Source of the DNA: an uncultured virus (IMG/VR IMGVR_UViG_3300022748_000439)
Taxonomy: Duplodnaviria > Heunggongvirae > Uroviricota > Caudoviricetes
Direction: 5' to 3' (one strand)
DNA length: 20,000 nt
Virus record (IMG/VR): IMGVR_UViG_3300022748_000439
The notes under the pieces are model-generated. The model was not told the origin of the DNA. It saw nothing but the letters and a program-made list of their open reading frames with translations, and did not search any database. The translations under genes were made by a program, and so were the position numbers. The first letter of the stretch is position 1, and every line of letters begins with the position of its first letter. Shown here piece after piece: positions 16,942-20,000 of the stretch.

Positions 16942-17977
16942 TGATCCTGCCTAAGTTTATTATCCTGCGGAGTTGGTCTTGATTCAGCTCTCGCAGATCC
17001 CATCGAGGTTGCTCCGAGATGACTCCGTCATCAAGAAGTGTGCCTCGCGTAATTCGCCTTCCTAGTGCTACGTTGTATGTCATCTTTGCCACATAGAGAC
17101 GTGGGCTATTTCTCCACTGTTCCAAGAGTTCCTCTTCGGAGAAAACTGTCCCTGCCGAGACGTAATCCCTAAAATCTTCGAACTGACGAAAGTCCTTTTT
17201 GCTCTTCACCTCTTCTACCACGCAGAGGGAGGTGACTACGGATCTGTAGTATGCAGCGGCGCGCCTGTCGCCCGTTCTGTAGATTACGATAACGTCGCCG
17301 GGTGACATGCGGTTTAGGGATAGCTTGCCGATATAGACTTTATGAATAGTATTCGTGTGCGATACATCTTGGACGATCTCGCGAGCTTCGTTATTAAGTA
17401 TTGAGTCCGGCAGAAGCCTCGTGTGGTATTCCGGATAGACTGCAAGGAGCCAACACCTTGCACCCCTCAATTTTATGAAGGGATAATCTCTTCTTAGATT
17501 TCCGGAGGTGACCCTTAGATCGCGCGAAAGAACCTGCTCCACTCCATTTTGTGTTGCCTTGTCCGCGACGTGGTCAAATCCATACCGAGCGAAGAGTCTA
17601 ATCAGAGATTCATGAACTTCAAATATTGTTACATATACAGCATCAACGTCTTCGTCTATTGCCGTATCGAGAATCTTTTTGATCACTCTCTCGCCGAGCT
17701 TAGTCCCTCTGCCTTCGATCTTGAGCGTTCCGATTTTTAGCCATTTTTTGGCAGGAAGCGCTGGTGTCGTGTCGAGCACCGCACCATTTTCAACTTTTAG
17801 GTACACCATTCCTGTGAGCTTTGAATCATCGTCTTCAACGCAATAGAGCTCCGCACCATCGGCACACTTTCGGGAAAACCAGTCGGGAAATTCCTCGTAA
17901 CCCACCTTAAGACTATCGAAAAAAGAATCATTGATGTCTAAATCTGAAAATTTCGCGTATCGCAGGCGGCGTGACAT
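16919..17977 (-). CDS. GNAT acetyltransferase fused to a C-terminal PUA/ASCH-like domain
   Basis: Likely start ATG 17977 (MSRRLRYAKFSDLDINDSFFDSLK). GNAT part: LKIGTLKIEGRGTKLGE...RLFARYGF. C-terminal part: LLAVYPEYHTRL...KVYIG...PGDVIVIYRT. 23-nt overlap with the ASCH gene. Confidence 0.82.
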   Translation of the reverse strand: MSRRLRYAKFSDLDINDSFFDSLKVGYEEFPDWFSRKCADGAELYCVEDDDSKLTGMVYLKVENGAVLDTTPALPAKKWLKIGTLKIEGRGTKLGERVIKKILDTAIDEDVDAVYVTIFEVHESLIRLFARYGFDHVADKATQNGVEQVLSRDLRVTSGNLRRDYPFIKLRGARCWLLAVYPEYHTRLLPDSILNNEAREIVQDVSHTNTIHKVYIGKLSLNRMSPGDVIVIYRTGDRRAAAYYRSVVTSLCVVEEVKSKKDFRQFEDFRDYVSAGTVFSEEELLEQWRNSPRLYVAKMTYNVALGRRITRGTLLDDGVISEQPRWDLRELNQDQLRRIINLGRINGRLIVD

Positions 17978-18780
17978 AATATTCCGAACTGTTTTGAGGT
18001 GCCAGCTGGCCCTTTGCCACTGGGTCGCGCTGCCAGCATTGAACTTGCTCTTCCCCCTACATGAGCACATTATTGAGTTGTACGCCACTTAGTTCTGTGG
18101 TTGCCCCAGCGGAAACTTGGCTCTATTCCGCTATCGGTACTGACCGTCCGCTCATGGTCGGCCTTGCCGGACGATGGCAGTGGGCGTGCAAGGGGAGGAA
18201 CCTACCAGTTGCTATTCCCCAGCATGTTGCCCGGAGCGCTTACCCGACAACGGATCTGATAGGGAGGACAGAACAGACCTATTTATGGCTGGGGTCATCT
18301 GTGCGGTCGAAGCTGCGAACAAAAGCCGTCGCCCTCTATGATGAGAGGATTGCAAAGAAGGGTGCAACTGTAGGCCCCTCGTTCTTTGCGTTTTCGCTAA
18401 CAATAACGATGACTCGGAGCTTCTGACGAGGGCAGGTCACAATGAAGATCCGCGCCATGATCGCCTCAGGCAAGTAGCTGCGGCAGTTCCGGCCCGCATG
18501 ACTACCGTGCCGCCCGCGCGTTTCGCTGAGTAACGTCTCGAAGGGCGGCTCTCTAGAATGCGGCAATGCAGCATCCCTAACTGTCAACCGGCGGCTTTGG
18601 GCCGCTCTTGAATGCGCGAGGTGTAGCCCGAGCAACAGTCTAGGTATCGTTTATCTGCTGAGTAGTCGCTGCGCCGCTGGCCGAGGCAGAGCTGGTCACG
18701 TGCCGCAGCTGGGGGACCAGCGGGCCGGCGCCGCAAAGATGTGGCATACGCCAGACGAGTTTGCCCGACCTGCTTTTCAT

Positions 18781-19350
18781 ATGGTGGCAGCGGTTAAGGG
18801 GCTTGAGGGGTTCAACCGGGTCACGCCCGTCGCGGGGCCGACCTTTGTCGATGCAACCGTAAATGGGCGCAAGCTCAAGCGCGGGGCGCGGCTCTGGACC
18901 GTGGCGACGCCCACTTTCAAAGCGGAAACCTATCGCCATCTGCGCCTCGAACGGCCTTCGGATGAGGATCGCGCGCGGGGCGTGCCAACACCTGCAGGCA
19001 CGATCCACCTGCCCGACTGGGCTGACAGCGAATGGTTGAAGCAACTCGTCGCCGAGCAGTTGGTCACGATCCGCGATCGGCGCGGCTATGCCCGGCAGGA
19101 ATGGCAGAAGATGCGGGAACGGAACGAGGCGCTTGTTACACGCGTCTACGCCCGTGCGGCCGCCTGGATCCTCGGGGCTGATCGTTTCGATGAGCGGATG
19201 TGGCGGCAGTTGGAGAGGCAGGCGGGGGTGGAAACCGCAGCCAACTTGGAGATCGCTGCGATTAAGAAAGCGACGGAGCCTCAGGCCGGACAGATCACCG
19301 CCTCCCGGCGGCGGGGCTGGAAGATCAGCACGCCGAAATATATGGAATGA
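18781..19350 (+). pseudogene. 3' remnant of a phage terminase large subunit (lambda GpA-like)
   Basis: VKGLEGFNR.TPV.GPTFVDAT.NGRKLKRGARLWTV...GTIHLPDW...LKQLVAEQLV...EWQKMRERNEALVTRVYARAAAW. The ATPase N-terminus is absent and the usual NEALD Asp reads Val. Confidence 0.85.
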
Positions 19351-19851
19351 GCAGGGTCGTCTTGAACCTTGATGTCGAAGTGCCCTGCAAGATCTGAATG
19401 TCAGCAAGCGGCGCGCCATTGGTCTCAATCCAAGCGCGGCGCTGAGCGATAGCTTCAGCGTTCGCGCATGCTCAAGCCTCGGCCTCCGATGCTGCCGGAT
19501 CGCCGCCGTGCAGAGCGCTATTGGACGGCCGTTTAACGACGTCGTTATGCACGTGCCTTAATCGATCAGGCTAGGCGCAGGCAGGCGGTGTCAACCGGGC
19601 CGTTACCGCCATCTCAAAGCTACCCCGCAAGATGCGTCAATATCGAATAGGGTAAGCCACGAAACGGCAGCCAACGGGCATTTTTGCCGGGCCGAGTGCC
19701 CGCGAATTCGGGGCAATGCAGGCCGGTGCACGCAATTGCGTGTGACTGCGATCTTTCTGGCGCAGTGTTGACGTGGTGCTGACGTAGACGTCCGAAGTTA
19801 AATCCCCAGCGCTCTACTGAGGAAATAAGCGTTTGATATATTTATATTTTT

Positions 19852-19928
<77 letters not shown>

Positions 19929-20000
19929 ACGTTTCCCGAGGGCTTTTTTTGGTGCGATCGGGTGTTTTTGAGATCGTTTAGAGAGATTGCTTCTTTCTAG

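Noticed and set aside
17978..18088. N-terminal extension of the 389-aa GNAT ORF in the track
   Set aside because: The first 37 aa look non-conserved; the family-like sequence starts at MSRRLRYAKF (17977).
18061..18780. Short ORFs 18061-18426, 18212-18403, 18336-18635 and the 5' part of 18700-19350; also antisense ORF 18640-19428
   Set aside because: No recognisable motifs or convincing RBS; 18640-19428 is the shadow of the terminase remnant.
19960..20000. Possible 3' flank of a 5S rRNA gene (rrn operons of this group often end 5S-tRNA-fMet)
   Set aside because: At most a few bases would be inside the window, so it cannot be supported.

Overview
This is an accessory, island-like region from a GC-rich alphaproteobacterium (Rhodobacteraceae-like, inferred from the tRNA-fMet sequence). 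The left half (<1-9737, minus strand) is a single giant RTX / type I secretion substrate of more than 3245 aa. The ORF track misses it, most likely because its stop lies beyond the left edge. Its N-to-C order is: a low-GC variable N-terminal domain with colicin M-like motifs, a Gly/Ser/Thr linker, a FrpC-like self-processing module, about 1400 aa of DxDGDG beta-hairpin repeats, DUF4214-like domains, and RTX Ca-binding repeats. Directly upstream lie a small membrane-anchored gene and then a second, orphan cassette. The orphan cassette has another membrane-anchored gene and a different N-terminal domain (permuted papain-like His...Cys), fused to a decayed copy of the same linker and processing module. 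Together this looks like a polymorphic toxin system of inverted polarity, with a swappable N-terminal toxin and immunity encoded upstream. Next comes a cluster of IS fragments (IS66, IS3, IS1182), then a low-GC convergent five-gene cluster (C-terminal-TM protein + GNAT >< kinase-like P-loop + ASCH + GNAT-PUA) that is a candidate defence system. The window ends with a terminase large-subunit remnant and tRNA-fMet. All family assignments come from manual translation and motif recognition, not database searches.
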